Numbered from the whole stretch's first letter, positions 49,424 through 62,229 are shown. The stretch: DNA of 62,229 bases, filler included, from Nemertoderma westbladi (GCA_032718475.1; 3 parts of 3 records of this genome joined end to end with filler, not necessarily neighbours in it), one strand, 5' to 3'. Notes: generated by a model from the letters alone, not told the origin. Translations and numbers: made by a program.

Positions 49424-50685
49424 AGGTAGAAGAATAAATGATAAAAAACTAATAATACTATATATTGAAGTTGAAGTAAACGAATAAACAATGTCAGAGA
49501 ATCATTAATTATTTATTAAAGAATTATTGATTGTTAAATAACTCCAATATATATATATGTTTTGGATATTAGTCATCATAACAATATATTATTTCTACAT
49601 TAGTTTGCTAAACTCATTCTTAGGATGAAACATTGTTTAACCCAATTCAAGAAAATCGACAAAAGTAGGCCTTCATCTTTCAAAATAGTGCCGGTATCTA
49701 TCAATTTATGTACAGTATAAAAGATAAAAGGAATTATTATATTTTATACTACTTGTCGGAGTTCGCTTGACCTAGTAGTAGTATAAAAGATAATATTAAA
49801 ATATATAAAACTATTACCTGCACTATTACATGTACAATATTTTAATGTTTTACATATTGAAAGGAGAAAAAGAGTAGGTCTACTGTACTTTTTCCCGGGG
49901 AAGAAGTGTGACCCATAGGATTGCATTGATTTTACTTTTTTCCCGGCGAAAAATTAGAGTAAAATATAATATTTTTGGTAAAATTTCCTAAATTGTATTA
50001 CATTGGTTGAAAGAGCATCGAAGTAGAAAAGGTTTGCAAGTAATTTGAGCAAAATCCATTCTCACACTCAAACGTTATTGCAACTTTAGTGTCTACGCGG
50101 CGTTCACTAAAACGGAACTCAATGTTCGGGCCAGTTCTATCTGTATCATTCAAGACTTTTATTTCATTTAAATAGGAATATTTATCATTTTAAATCGATA
50201 TAATGTGATTTTGAATGACTTTGGAAACAAAGTATATTTTTTAATTTCAATATCATTTACAAATTTTTCCTAGTACCTCAAATTATAAATATAATTAATA
50301 ACATAATTTTATTGTTACATTTAGCGATATGGCACTATAGTATTTTTAGACACCCTATTCGCTCGTATCGTGTACCCCCAATCGGGTCAAACGGCTAAAA
50401 GTGCTACTTTTCACAAAGTAGCACTTTATATCGCAGTTACTGTAGTAGTAGTAGTGACGGTTATGCGGCCTATAATTGTCCAGCCTATAATATTTAACTT
50501 TTGAATTATTTACATAATCAAATTAAAGACAAATAATTGTATAATATTGAAACTAGTGGAGCCCTTTTTAGTATAAACTTACCTTGCCTTAAGGTATTTT
50601 TGTAAACAGTACATAATATTTTACAACAAATTACGTTTGCAAAATTTCAAGAACAGTAAACAAGTTACCTAATATCACATCCAAA

Positions 50686-52419
50686 ATGGGCGAGGTGCGC
50701 CTGCAAGACCTGGGTATTATTAAAGGTCTTGACGAAATTGAATCGTTTGTAAACGACGACAAATCCTCTCGGTTCGACATCGTGTGGGAGTACGTTGGTG
50801 GATTCGGACCATTCCAATGGATTTACGTCTGGTTCGGTTTTGCCTTTTTCTGCGCCAGTATTTCCTCTTTACTGATGATGGAGTTGGTGTTTTTCGGAAT
50901 GCACACAGGAATGTCTTGTCGTCTGCCTCCGCATCCAGACATTACTGAAGAAAACAAACATCTTTTTGAGGTAGGACTTTTACCGCCCGGTGAGTATCCT
51001 GGTATGCCGTCGTTTTGTGGCATTTACGATAGAACCTGGACTGTGATCAACGAATCCTACATAGATTTCAGCAAAGGTACTGACGTATTGGAGTGCCCTC
51101 ATGGGTGGAACTACGATAAATCGGTGTACGCGGACACATTGGTAATGCACTACGATTGGGCATGTAGTAAAATGGGCAAATACGGTGTCTCAGTGACAAC
51201 CAACATCTTGGCAACAATTCCCGGGACGCTCATGTTTGGATTAATCGCAGGACGCTTCGGACGCCGACCTTGCATATTCTTGTCCACGTTGCTACACGCT
51301 CTTAGCTACTACATGCTCTACATAAAACCCGGGAATATGGTTTTCTTTATTTGCAACCGCTTCGTTATGGGTTTCACCTATGCCGGGATTTACAACATCG
51401 GGGCCGTGATGTGCGGAGAGTTGCTGGGTCCGAAACATCGTGATGCTGTAATCCTGTCCATGCAAGCGTTCTACGGAGTTGGCATGATGTACGGCACACT
51501 GTGCTTCTACATATTCCGTAAGGAGAGCTGGCGTTGGTACCACTTTTCCCAGGCGTTGATACCCACTCTCTACGTGTTTTACTATTTTTTCGCACCGGAA
51601 TCACCGAGATGGCTTTGTACACGGGGCAGGTACGCCGAGGCCAAGAAGCAACTACAACGGATAGCTAGATTTAACAAAGGAACTTTGCCGCCAGACATCG
51701 ACGAGATTATGAGGTTAGAAAAAGAACATAGTAAAAAACTGGATAACGAGGGGATGGACATAATGGAAACCAAGTATAATCGCGACTTCTTTCGTTGGGG
51801 GAATCTTAAGAAGACGCTCCTTTTTAGGGTGCTGATGAATTTCGAAGTTGTAAAACGGAATGTTATTGTAAATATAACATTTCTAACCTTGGGAGTTACG
51901 TGGTTTGGGATGCTTCTGGGGGTAAGGGCGCTCCCCACTGATTTCTTTGTAACAAATGTCATTTCCGGTTGCACTGAGATCTTAGCAACTATTGTGGGGT
52001 ATCTAATGAGCCACTTTCTCGGCAGAAAACCATCAATGATCTCTATTCTGCTCTTCACAGGAACTTTGTGTTGTCTCACAGCTTTCACGCCGAATAGTTG
52101 GGCTAATGGGTGGGTTAAAACAGCGGCTTCTATGACAGGAAAAACTGGTATAGCAGCAAGTTGGGCACTAAATATTAGTTATGCTGTGGAGCTATACCCA
52201 ACTGAAGCGCGATCCCAACTTTTAGCATTGAACGTTGTATTTATGTTGACCGGTGGGTCTACAGTTCCCAAGCTAACATGGAAGCCCAAATGGATAATGC
52301 TGATGTACTCAATAATGTGTTGGGTATCAGGGTTGCTATATCTATTCGTACCTGAAACTCGTAATAGGCCAATGCCAGATCTGGTACGTAACATTGTCAG
52401 GGCTAACCCTGTTGCCTGA
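50686..52419 (+). CDS. SLC22-family (organic cation transporter-like) MFS transporter, 577 aa, intronless
   Basis: VGGFGPFQW, Cys-rich loop CPHGWNYD...YDWAC, GRFGRRP, PESPRWL, ELYPTEARS, PETRNRPMPD. Confidence 0.93.
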   Translation: MGEVRLQDLGIIKGLDEIESFVNDDKSSRFDIVWEYVGGFGPFQWIYVWFGFAFFCASISSLLMMELVFFGMHTGMSCRLPPHPDITEENKHLFEVGLLPPGEYPGMPSFCGIYDRTWTVINESYIDFSKGTDVLECPHGWNYDKSVYADTLVMHYDWACSKMGKYGVSVTTNILATIPGTLMFGLIAGRFGRRPCIFLSTLLHALSYYMLYIKPGNMVFFICNRFVMGFTYAGIYNIGAVMCGELLGPKHRDAVILSMQAFYGVGMMYGTLCFYIFRKESWRWYHFSQALIPTLYVFYYFFAPESPRWLCTRGRYAEAKKQLQRIARFNKGTLPPDIDEIMRLEKEHSKKLDNEGMDIMETKYNRDFFRWGNLKKTLLFRVLMNFEVVKRNVIVNITFLTLGVTWFGMLLGVRALPTDFFVTNVISGCTEILATIVGYLMSHFLGRKPSMISILLFTGTLCCLTAFTPNSWANGWVKTAASMTGKTGIAASWALNISYAVELYPTEARSQLLALNVVFMLTGGSTVPKLTWKPKWIMLMYSIMCWVSGLLYLFVPETRNRPMPDLVRNIVRANPVA

Positions 52420-55400
52420 CCAATAGTTTCCTCTCAATGGGCGAACCGGTTTGCCTGACCAATAGTTCCCTCTCAATGGGCGAACCGGTTTGCATGACCA
52501 ATAGTTTCCTCTCAATGGGCGAACCGGTTTGTCTGACCAATAGTTTCTTCTCAATGGGCGAACCAGTTTGTCTGACCAATAGTTAACTCTCAATGGGCGA
52601 ACCGGTTTGTCTGACCAATAGTTTCCTCTCAATGGGCGAACCGGTTTGCATGACCAATAGTTTCCTCTCAATGGGCGAACCGGTTTCTCTGACCAATAGT
52701 TTCTTCTCAATGGGCGAACCAGTTTGTCTGACCAATAGTTAACTCTCAATGGGCGAACCGGTTTGTCTGACCAATAGTTTCCTCTCAATGGGCGAACCGG
52801 TTTGTCTGACCAATAGTTTCTTCTCAATGGGCGAACCAGTTTGTCTGACCAATAGTTAACTCTCAATGGGCGAACCGGTTTGTCTGCCCAATAGTTGGCT
52901 CTCAATGGGCGAACCGGTTTGCCTGACCAATAGTTTCCTCTCAATGGGCGACCGGTTTGCAAGACCAATAGTTAACTCTGAATGGGCGAACCGGTTTGTC
53001 TGCCCAATAGTTGGTTCTCAATGGGCGAACCGGTTTGTCTGACCAATAGTTTCCTCTCAATGGGCTAACCGTTTTGTCTGCCCAATAGTTGGTTCTCAAT
53101 GGGCGAACCGGTTTGTCTGACCAATAGTTTCCTCTCAATGGGCGAACCGTTTTGTCTGCCCAATAGTTGGCTCTCAATTGGCGAACCGGTTTGTCTGACC
53201 AATAGTTAACTCTCAATGGGCGAACCGGTTTGTCTGACCAATAGTTTCCTCTCAATGGGCGAACCGGTTTGTCTGCCCAATAGTTGGCTCTCAATAGGCG
53301 AACCGGTTTGTCTGACCAATAGTTTCCTCTCAATGGGCGAACCGGTTTGTCTGACCAATAGTTTCCTCGCACTGGGCAAACCGGTTTGTCTGCCCAATAG
53401 TTGGTTCTCAATGGGCGAACCGGTTTGTCTGACCAATAGTTTCCTCTCAATGGGCGAACCGTTTTGTCTGCCCAATAGTTGGTTCTCAATGGGCGAACCG
53501 GTTTGCCTGACCAATAGTTTCTTCTCAATGGGCGAACCAGTTTGTCTGACCAATAGTTAACTCTCAATGGGCGAACCGGTTTGTCTGACCAATAGTTTCC
53601 TCTCAATGGGCGAACCGGTTTGTCTGACCAATAGTTTCCTCTCAATGGGCGAACCGGTTTGTCTGACCAATAGTTGGCTCTCAATGGGCGAACCGGTTTG
53701 TCTGACCAATAGTTTCCTCTCAATGGGCGAACCGGTTTGTCTGCCCAATAGTTGGTTCTCAATGGGCGAACCGGTTTGTCTGACCAATAGTTTCCTCTCA
53801 ATGGGCGAACCGGTTTGTCTGCCCAATAGTTGGTTCTCAATGGGCGAACCGGTTTGTCTGACCAATAGTTTCCTCTCAATGGGCGAACCGGTTTGCCTGA
53901 CCAATAGTTTCCTCTCAATGGGCGAATCGGTTTGTCTGACCAATAGTTGGCTCTCAATGGACGAACCGGATTGTCTGACCAATAGTTGCCTATCAATGGG
54001 CGAACCGGTTTGTCTCACCAATAGTTTCCTCTCAATGGGCGAACCGGTTTGTCTGACCAATAGTTTCCTCTCAATGGGCGAACCGGATTGTCTGACCAAT
54101 AGTTTCCTCTCAGTGGACGAACCGGATTGTCTGACCAATAGTTGTCTATCAATGGGCGAACCGGTTTGTCTCACCAATAGTTTCCTCTCAATGGGCGAAT
54201 CGTTTTTCCTGATCAAATAGTTGCCTATCAATTGGCGAACCGGTTTGTCTGACCAATAGTTTACTCTCAATGGGCGAACCGGTTTGTCTCACCAATAGTT
54301 TCCTCTCAATGGGCAAACCGTTTTGTCTGACCAATAGTTGGCTCTCAATGGGCGAACCGGTTTGTCTCACCAATAGTTTCCTCTCAATGGGCAAACCGTT
54401 TTGTCTGACCAATAGTTGGCTCTCAATGGGCGAACCGGTGTGTCTGACCAATAGTTTCCTCTCAATGGGCGAACCGGTTTGTCTGACCAATAGTTTCCTC
54501 TCAATGGGCGAACCGGTTTGTCTGACCAATAGTTTCCTCTCAATGGGCGAACCGGTTTGTCTAACCAATAGTTTCCTCTCAATGGGCGAACCGGATTGTC
54601 TGACCAATAGTTGCCTATCAATGGGCGAACCGGTTTGTCTGACCAATAGTTTACTCTCAATGGGCGAACCGGTTTGTCTCACCAATAGTTTCCTCTCAAT
54701 GGGCAAACCGTTTTGTCTGACCAATAGTTGGCTCTCAATGGGCGAACCGGTGTGTCTGACCAATAGTTTCCTCTCAATGGGCGAACCGGTTTGTCTGACC
54801 AATAGTTTCCTCTCAATGGGCGAACCGGTTTGTCTGACCAATAGTTTCCTCTCAATGGGCGAACCGGTTTGTCTAACCAATAGTTTCCTCTCAATGGGCG
54901 AACCGGATTGTCTGACCAATAGTTGCCTATCAATGGGCGAACCGGTTTGTCTGACCAATAGTTTCCTCTCAATGGACGAACCGGATTGTCTGACCAATAG
55001 TTGCCTATCAATGGGCGAACCGGTTTGTCTCACCAATAGTTTCCTCTCAATGGGCGAATCGTTTTTCCTGATCAAATAGTTGCCTATCAATTGGCGAACC
55101 GGTTTGTCTGACCAATAGTTTCCTCTCAATGGGCGAACCGGTTTGTCTGACCAATAGTTTCCTCTCAATGGGCGAACCGGTTTGCCTGACCAATAGTTGG
55201 CTCTCAATGGGCGAACCGGTTTGTCTGACCAATAGTTTCCTCTCAATGGGCGAACCGGTTTGTCCGACCAATAGTTTCTTCTCAATGGGCGAACCAGTTT
55301 GTCTGACCAATAGTTGGCTCTCAATGGGCGAACCGGTTTGTCTGACCAATAGTTGGCTCTCAATGGGCGAACCGGTTTGTCTGACCAATAGTTTCCTCTC

Positions 55401-55913
55401 AATGGGCGAACCGGTTTGTCTGACCAATAGTTGGCTCTCAATGGACGAACCGGATTGTCTGACCAATAGTTGCCTATCAATGGGCGAACCGGTTTGTCTC
55501 ACCAATAGTTTCCTCTCAATGGGCGAATCGTTTTTCCTGATCAAATAGTTGCCTATCAATTGGCGAACCGGTTTGTCTGACCAATAGTTTCCTCTCAATG
55601 GGCGAACCGGTTTGTCTGACCAATAGTTTCCTCTCAATGGACGAACCGGATTGTCTGACCAATAGTTGCCTATCAATGGGCGAACCGGTTTGTCTCACCA
55701 ATAGTTTCCTCTCAATGGGCGAATCGTTTTTCCTGATCAAATAGTTGCCTATCAATTGGCGAACCGGTTTGTCTGACCAATAGTTTCCTCTCAATGGGCG
55801 AACCGGTTTGTCTGACCAATAGTTTCCTATCAATTGGCGAACCGGTTTGTCTGACCAATAGTTTCCTATCAATTGGCGAACCGGTTTGCCTGATTAAATA
55901 GTTTCCTCTCAAT
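52400..55913 (+). repeat. 39-bp satellite (~90 units, GGGCGAACCGGTTTGTCTGACCAATAGTTTCCTCTCAAT) starting at the SLC22 stop codon
   Basis: Tandem units directly visible; the first unit is the last ~20 nt of the CDS plus 19 nt after the stop. Confidence 0.97.
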
Positions 55914-56127
55914 AACATTTAATGTGTATTCTTATTGATAATGAGCTCGGACTAAAGTAATCATTATTTACTAGTTTTTTTTTGTAAATATAATAATTAC
56001 CAATACGAAATAATACCAGGTGTTTATGAATTGTACTACAATATGGTTCCAGATAGTGCATTCACCTTTCACTAGTTTGAGGGTATTTTTATGTTGCTGA
56101 TGTAAAGTGGTACGGTTTTGAGGGTAA

Positions 56128-56215
56128 TGGAGGATCTAGGGAGTTATGGCGGTGCAACTTTGTTGATAAGCCGGCATAGCATTCTTAAGGCGCGCTGCAT
56201 TGGGCTTGCCAATAG
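56128..56215 (+). mobile_element. Short RTE 3' fragment
   Basis: TAGGGAGTTATGGCGGTGCAACTTTGTTGATAAGCCGGCATAGCATTCTTAA matches the RTE 3' end. Confidence 0.7.
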
Positions 56216-57638
56216 TATTTAGTTAGTGGTTCGGTTTTGTATTAATCATACTTGGTGCAGCGGATGTAACGTTATGTTTGTGTAATTACTGTATGCTACA
56301 TTTTCACGTTAGGGCTAATATGTGTCAGTTACTGTTTATCGTTTTTCTTTCCATAATTATTATTAATCTGCTATTCTGATTTCTAAGTTTTATGTGCAAA
56401 TTGCTGTGTATGTAAATTTGTTGTTTGTATAATTATACTACATTTTGACGTACTTTTAAGTTATGCTAGCGCAGTATGAGTTAGTTAGAATGTATATAAC
56501 GTTTTTATTTGCATAATTGTGCAATATTCTGATATATTTTAAGTTGTATGTGCTGATGTGATGTGCTTGTAAAGTTATTTTTTGTTACTCAAAAAAAGTG
56601 GAAAACCAAATCATTTGTTTAGTTTTATATTTCTGCCGAACTTTATGTTACAACACTACTTGTATCAACAACTTTCCATTCAGTGGGCACTGCTGGAGAA
56701 GTAAACATGAGATCATATTGAACATGTATCCTTTTTTTAATGCACTCTGCTGTACTGCAAAAATCACGGTAAGGATCAACAGTCTGCAGTCTTCCGACCT
56801 AATTAGCAAACTTATATACCTTATCCGAAGTAACTTACGATCTCGACCACCAAGCCCTGTTTCACAATTAATTTCTGACAGTATTTCGGTAGTCTTCAAT
56901 GCAAAAGTCGATTCAAAGTCAAGGCGTAATCAATCAAGATATTATTTTACCAAATTAACAAAATAATTGAATCCATCACCCCAGTATTAGTAGGTATATT
57001 TTATATAACGTTGTATGTTTGTAATTTTAGCCCGATCTCCAATATCCATTGTTAGGTGCTAAATTAGGACCTGGAACGAACATGAGGTACTTCGCGAACC
57101 GCCTTATCGCGCCCATCATCAACGCCTCAAGGCCATTATTCTTGTATCCCATAACATTGGCTTATATAGGCATTGCGAACAAAAATAACATTTTAATTAG
57201 AGAATTGTAATTTTATTATGAGGGGGGGGGTTGTGGTGGTGGGGGTTGTGGTGGTGGGTGGGCAATAGTTCATTGTTGTCAGCACGTTATGATTTTGATG
57301 TCAAGATTTGCATAACTTCGGGTTAGGCATCAGATCTAGCACCGGTACATATCTAGATATGTTCTGAGTACATCTCTGAGATGTTCATCAGTTCAATAAT
57401 CTCCCGTTCTAGAGGGCTACATGCATCTACATTACGTATCCTCCCAGTTCATTTGCTGTTAATCCGCTCTAGTTACATACTTGGCTGATAGGTCCTAGTA
57501 CCATATGGCTGATGTGTTGCTAAAGAGTATCAGTATCTAGGAAATTCTCCAGTCTGCCGCTAGTAGGGCTTTTAGTCTAAAAGCGTTAAATACTTCTCCC
57601 AAATTCGCTAACTTATGATCCCTTCAACCTGAAACTTG

Positions 57639-58007
57639 TCAGATATGTACTAGAACTTATCAGATATGTACTAGAACTTATCAAATATGTACTAGAACAT
57701 ATGAGATATGTACTAGAACATATGAGATATGTACTAGAACATATCAGATATGTACTAGAACATATCAGATATGTACTAGAACATATCAGATATGTACTAG
57801 AACATATCAGATATGTACTAGAACATATCAGATATGTACTAGAACATATCAGATATGTACTAGAACATATGAGATATGTACTAGAACATATCAGATATGT
57901 ACTAGAACATATCAGATATGTACTAGAACATATCAGATATGTACTAGAACATATCAGATATGTACTAGAACATATCAGATATGTACTAGAACATATCAGA
58001 TATGTAC
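57639..58007. repeat. 21-bp minisatellite (TCAGATATGTACTAGAACATA, ~17 units)
   Basis: Near-perfect tandem copies embedded in a copy of the 3900-4505 repeat family. Confidence 0.95.
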
Positions 58008-59073
58008 CGGTACCATAACATAGTCTACCTCTTTGTGTGAATGGTAATCGGTCCGTATTTTCTCCAGTCTGCCACTAGAGGGCGATGTGTCTTACAGTGA
58101 TAAATTCCCCCTCCTTAAAATCTTAATTTCTGTTTAAGGGGGGGTGGGGGGGGGGGGGGGGGTACACCATTTTGGTCCAAAATATGTCGAAATGTTTTTT
58201 ATGGTCTATTATAATGTCCCATTGAATGGTGTTTCAAAATCTGAAAACCGCTATTTAATAAGCTCTTTTAGTTTTCAAGTTATAACAATTTCCATTTAGG
58301 GAATCCTATTGAAATTACTATTACTATGTATAAACGAAAGGTCGATTATCTCCAAATATTTTTTTTATGAAATTGTCAACTTCAAAACCCTACTACTTCT
58401 ACAATTTTTGAGCAATGACTCTGCAACTTTCTGTGGGTGTCTAGATAGCCACCCTGCATAAAAGTATCAGACAACTCTTCGAAATATTTTGTTAATAAAA
58501 TTTAATGCTATTGATAACAAACCTAAAAATTTAGCATAAATTTGCAGCGCCAACTAGCGGTGCAGAATTAATTTCACAAAATTTAGTTATGTTAAAAAAA
58601 AAGTCAAAAAAGTTATGTTGCCCCATCTTTGTTCTATCATATAAAAAACTTTCATGTGATTAGATTCAAAACTGTAAAAGCCTTAGGGTTTTAAGCGCAA
58701 CCAAGTTTTTATTATTGTTAACAAGTATTAACTAATATTAAATAGCGAAAAAAAATATTCTGACCTGTCATGTAGAATAGCATTTAGGCACCTATATTCC
58801 AAATCATATCCTAAACCAAACAATTTTGAAACGCTGAGAGTGATAAATCTAGTTGTCCGTAAATGGTGTTTCAGATGGTGTTTCTTAGGCCTCTACCTAA
58901 GAGAAAAAGCCTTTTTGTTGGTACCAATGTGGATGGAAAGCTGGATTCCGTGAAAACTTGGAATCAAAAAATACATACAACTATCGAACGCCCATAACTC
59001 AGCTATTTCCCAAGAAAATTCTACATATTATTATTCGGAATCCTTGCATTGCCACTACTACTAATACTACTAT

Positions 59074-59548
59074 AGCAGCAGTAGTTCCACTACTCCTCTA
59101 TGGGAGTCCATGCTGGGCTCTAACTGCTGAGGACACCAAATCTCTGGATGGCACATTCACAAGAATGCTACGCCGTGTTCATTGTGTCAAGTACAATGCA
59201 CACATATCCAACCAGACACTATATAACATTGGAGGTGTCTCATTGGTTCCCCCAAGCTTGACACTAGAACAAAATCGCCTCCGCTTTGCAGGACATTGCT
59301 TTCGCCGTGAGGACCAGCCAGTGCATAATCTTGTACTTTGGCAGCCTCATGGAGTGAATAAGCATGGTGGACAGCCCATGACTTTCTTGAGACGCATCTT
59401 AAAGGACACTGGCCTTGAAGATGCGGATGATCTAGCAAATGTCATGGGTGATAGGGAGTTGTGGCGGTGCAATTTTGTCGATAAGCCGGCACAGCATTCT
59501 TAAAAATGCAGCTGCAATGCAGCATGCCGATCCCAGTACTGCTACTAT
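59074..59548 (+). mobile_element. 5'-truncated RTE LINE copy
   Basis: Near-identical to 42740-43200. Confidence 0.9.
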
Positions 59549-59654
59549 AATCGGCCTGCTACATTAAAACTGCACACTAGGATGCTTGCTGGCTTAACAA
59601 AAGTGTTTTGTCACCACCATGCAATCCACAATTGACAAGTCCAATTCACCGTGG

Positions 59655-59908
59655 ATCAAGAATGCTATGTCGGCTCATCAACAAAGTTGCACAGCCACAA
59701 CTCCCTATCCCCATGACTTTCGCGAGATCATCCGCATCTTCAAGGCATGTGTCCTTTAGGAGGCGTGTCACGAATGTCATAGGCTGTCCACCATGCTTAT
59801 TTTCTCCATGGGGCTGCTAAAGCAAAAGATTGTGCACAGGCTGATCCTCACGGCGAAAACCGTGCCCTGCAAAGCGGAGGCGAGTTTGTTTAAGTGTCAA
59901 GCTTGGAG
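59655..59908 (-). mobile_element. Older inverted RTE 3' fragment
   Basis: Diverged reverse complement of the same RTE 3' end. Confidence 0.75.
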
Positions 59909-60652
59909 ATGAGTGCATTGAACTTGACCAGATTTATTTCCAGTTTTCCGTCGGAGACTAACTGTGGGGTAACTGGTGAAATATCCTTTTTTAAACGCTT
60001 CTAGGTAAAGATTGAACGCAAAAATATACATTCTGGCTCACCCCGGAAGGAGAAGAGAAGTGAAACTATCGGTTTCAAATTTCATGCAAAGTCAATATAA
60101 TTTGGCACAGAATTATCCAGAATTAGGTCCATGCCACAGAATTATGACACTATATTCCGGGGCATGGTGTAAGCGACATGCTACATTGCAGGTGCGCATT
60201 GAGATTGCTATGCCGTCTTAACCCGGCTCAACAACGTTCCCCTTGACTGCCCAGTATGGCCCATGACTCGGTATGGTAGAATTTGTTTCTTTGTTAACAA
60301 ATAATGTTTTGTAGCACAAGTTCCTCAGTTTGTTGCGTACCGGAAGGCTATACTGAAACATATCTTCAGATTTCGCTTTCAAAGGCCAACTTTTCTATAA
60401 TCCAATTTCAAAGGGTCCCTCCAAAAAAAAAAAAAAACCAGTCCACCAATCGCTAAAAGGAGCACATTAAATGAAAAGTGTAAGGTATTAATGTAAGTCA
60501 CCATTAAATAAGGGTGACTGACTATAATGTTGTTTAGGATTTAATATAACCCCTAATTAAAAAATAAGAGTTTAACTTTCGTTGGGCACAGCTTTGCAAA
60601 GTCGGCAATGGCGTCTTGTGGGATCGAACTTGTGACCTCCGGGCTGGAAGTC

Positions 60653-61030
60653 TTGAAATTGAAATTGAAATTGTTTAATTGACATCAAATAAGTAAAGTA
60701 AATCTGCATAATTAAACATTACCGGAAGGAACAAGATAATCCATTATACAGTAGTTATGGTGAGTGTGAGTCTAGATGATGTCGGGGATAGCCCCAAGAG
60801 ACATGGTCTCGTTTTCATGGGGGTCCCCTTAAGGCGAGGAGGTTATCGGTATGGTCGGTGTGGTAATTGTCTGTCGGTAGTGGTAAATGTGTGGTTAGTA
60901 GGCGTGTGTAAAATGGAGTAGGAATGTGTTCGAGGGGAGTGGTCGGAGTAATATAACATTTAGTAGAGAGCTGTGGGGGATTGTAGTATGGTCGGTGTGG
61001 TATTGATTGGCATCGCAGAGTATCAGAAAT
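60653..61030 (-). mobile_element. 3' end of an L2-type LINE abutting a tRNA-like SINE head fragment (60609-60652)
   Basis: Minus strand GGACCCCCATGAAAACGAGA...CTCTTGGGGCTATCC motif and (ATTTCA)n tail; adjacent AAGTTCGATCCCAC B-box fragment. Confidence 0.5.
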
Positions 61031-61111
61031 ACACAATCATCGATATAAAGATTACACGAAGTTACATACGAAATAAAATAAATGAGTTAGATTCGGTTTG
61101 AATTCGTACCT

Positions 61112-61440
61112 ACTAGATTACACGGATTTAAATTGAAAATTACAATAGATTAATTATGATACAGATTACACGGATTACTAGATTACACAGATTACTAGAT
61201 TACACGGATTTAAATAAAAATTGCAATAGATTAATTATGATACAGATTACACGGATTACTAGATTACACGGATTACTACATTACCCAGATTACTAGATTA
61301 CTAGATTACACGGATTTAAATAAAAATTACAATAGATTAATTATGATACAGATTACACGGATTACTAGATTACACAGATTACTAGATTACACGGATTTAA
61401 ATAAAAATTACAATAGATTAATTATGAACGATTTAAATTC
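61112..61440. repeat. Compound tandem repeat (GATTACACGGATTACTA units within larger ~80-105-bp units)
   Basis: Directly visible tandem copies. Confidence 0.85.
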
Positions 61441-62229
61441 GTACTTACTGTACGAATTTAATTATCCATTCCCAGCAACAATCAAAATATTAACGAAATT
61501 ATTACCCGAAATGTGTAGGGAAATACACAGTAAAAGGACGTACATTAAAATAAATATGTTAATGGAGATAAAATAGAATAAGGTTCTGAATAAGGTTCTT
61601 ACATACAGTACTATACAGTTACTCCATTATTAATCCAAGACGGTTGTTCATTAAGGCCATTCGTTGAAGAAGTCTTACCATTCAGCCAGCGGCTCAGGTA
61701 AAAAGGGACGCAGCAAAATTCGCCCGCGAGAAAGAATGGCCCGCGTGCAATCTTCGCCCTCAAAATGAGTGTTAACAACCTCGTTTATTGTTTTGGTTAG
61801 AAAATTTCGACTCTGTAACCTATCGTGTCTGTAACCTAGGCTCCTTTCCCCCAATCGGGCGAAGGTTGGACGCGGGCGAAGTTTCCACCTAACCGGTAAA
61901 GGGTGGACCTGGAAATACTACCTGTTACCTCGAATGTCCGCAATTTACCTTGTATGTCCGTATTTACGTCCTCACTTAAGTATAAAACCACTCATTCACC
62001 CAAAACAACCAATAATAAATTTATTAAATACGAGTGAAAGCGTTGTTTAGAAAATTATATCTCCTTAAAATAAGGGTGACTATTAATGTTGTTTAGTAAT
62101 TAAAAGGGGTATTTAATAAGGGCGATCTTGCTGATAAATTTCGGTTTCCCTTAATTAGTTAGTTAGTAATTTAGCAGTTACTGCTAGCGAAAAAATATGG
62201 TAATATCGTTTTCTATGCATTTATGTATG

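Noticed and set aside
52342-55918. Long 13-aa-repeat ORFs on both strands
   Set aside because: By-products of a 39-bp unit (multiple of 3).
57701-58018. Heptad-repeat ORF (HIRYVLE)n resembling a coiled coil
   Set aside because: Translation of a 21-bp minisatellite inside a non-coding repeat.

Overview
AT-rich, repeat-dense scaffold from an invertebrate animal (species not determinable here), with two 100-nt assembly gaps. Host genes: FBXO11 (two coding exons, + strand), the last coding exon of cytochrome c1 (CYC1, - strand, missed by the ORF track), an intronless SLC22-family transporter (+) and a Lys-rich orphan ORF with 12-aa KSPP repeats (-). Mobile DNA: an apparently complete IS3EU-type DNA transposon (TIRs, 6-bp TSD, two convergent ORFs), L2/CR1-group, RTE and CRE-like non-LTR retrotransposon pieces, tRNA-derived SINEs with a Nin/Deu-like core, two LTR-like copies and many non-autonomous TIR elements. 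The most striking pattern is that the three multi-kilobase satellites are each built from a gene-processing signal of the adjacent conserved gene. About 130 copies of the FBXO11 exon/intron junction (CAG|GTGAGT) and about 90 copies of the SLC22 stop-codon junction are directly visible. A 25-bp array carrying CCG|GTAAGT in CYC1 sense appears to copy the upstream CYC1 exon end (inferred; that exon is not in the window). Paired-copy comparisons also reveal several kinds of small TA-site and P-element-like insertions that look like excision footprints.
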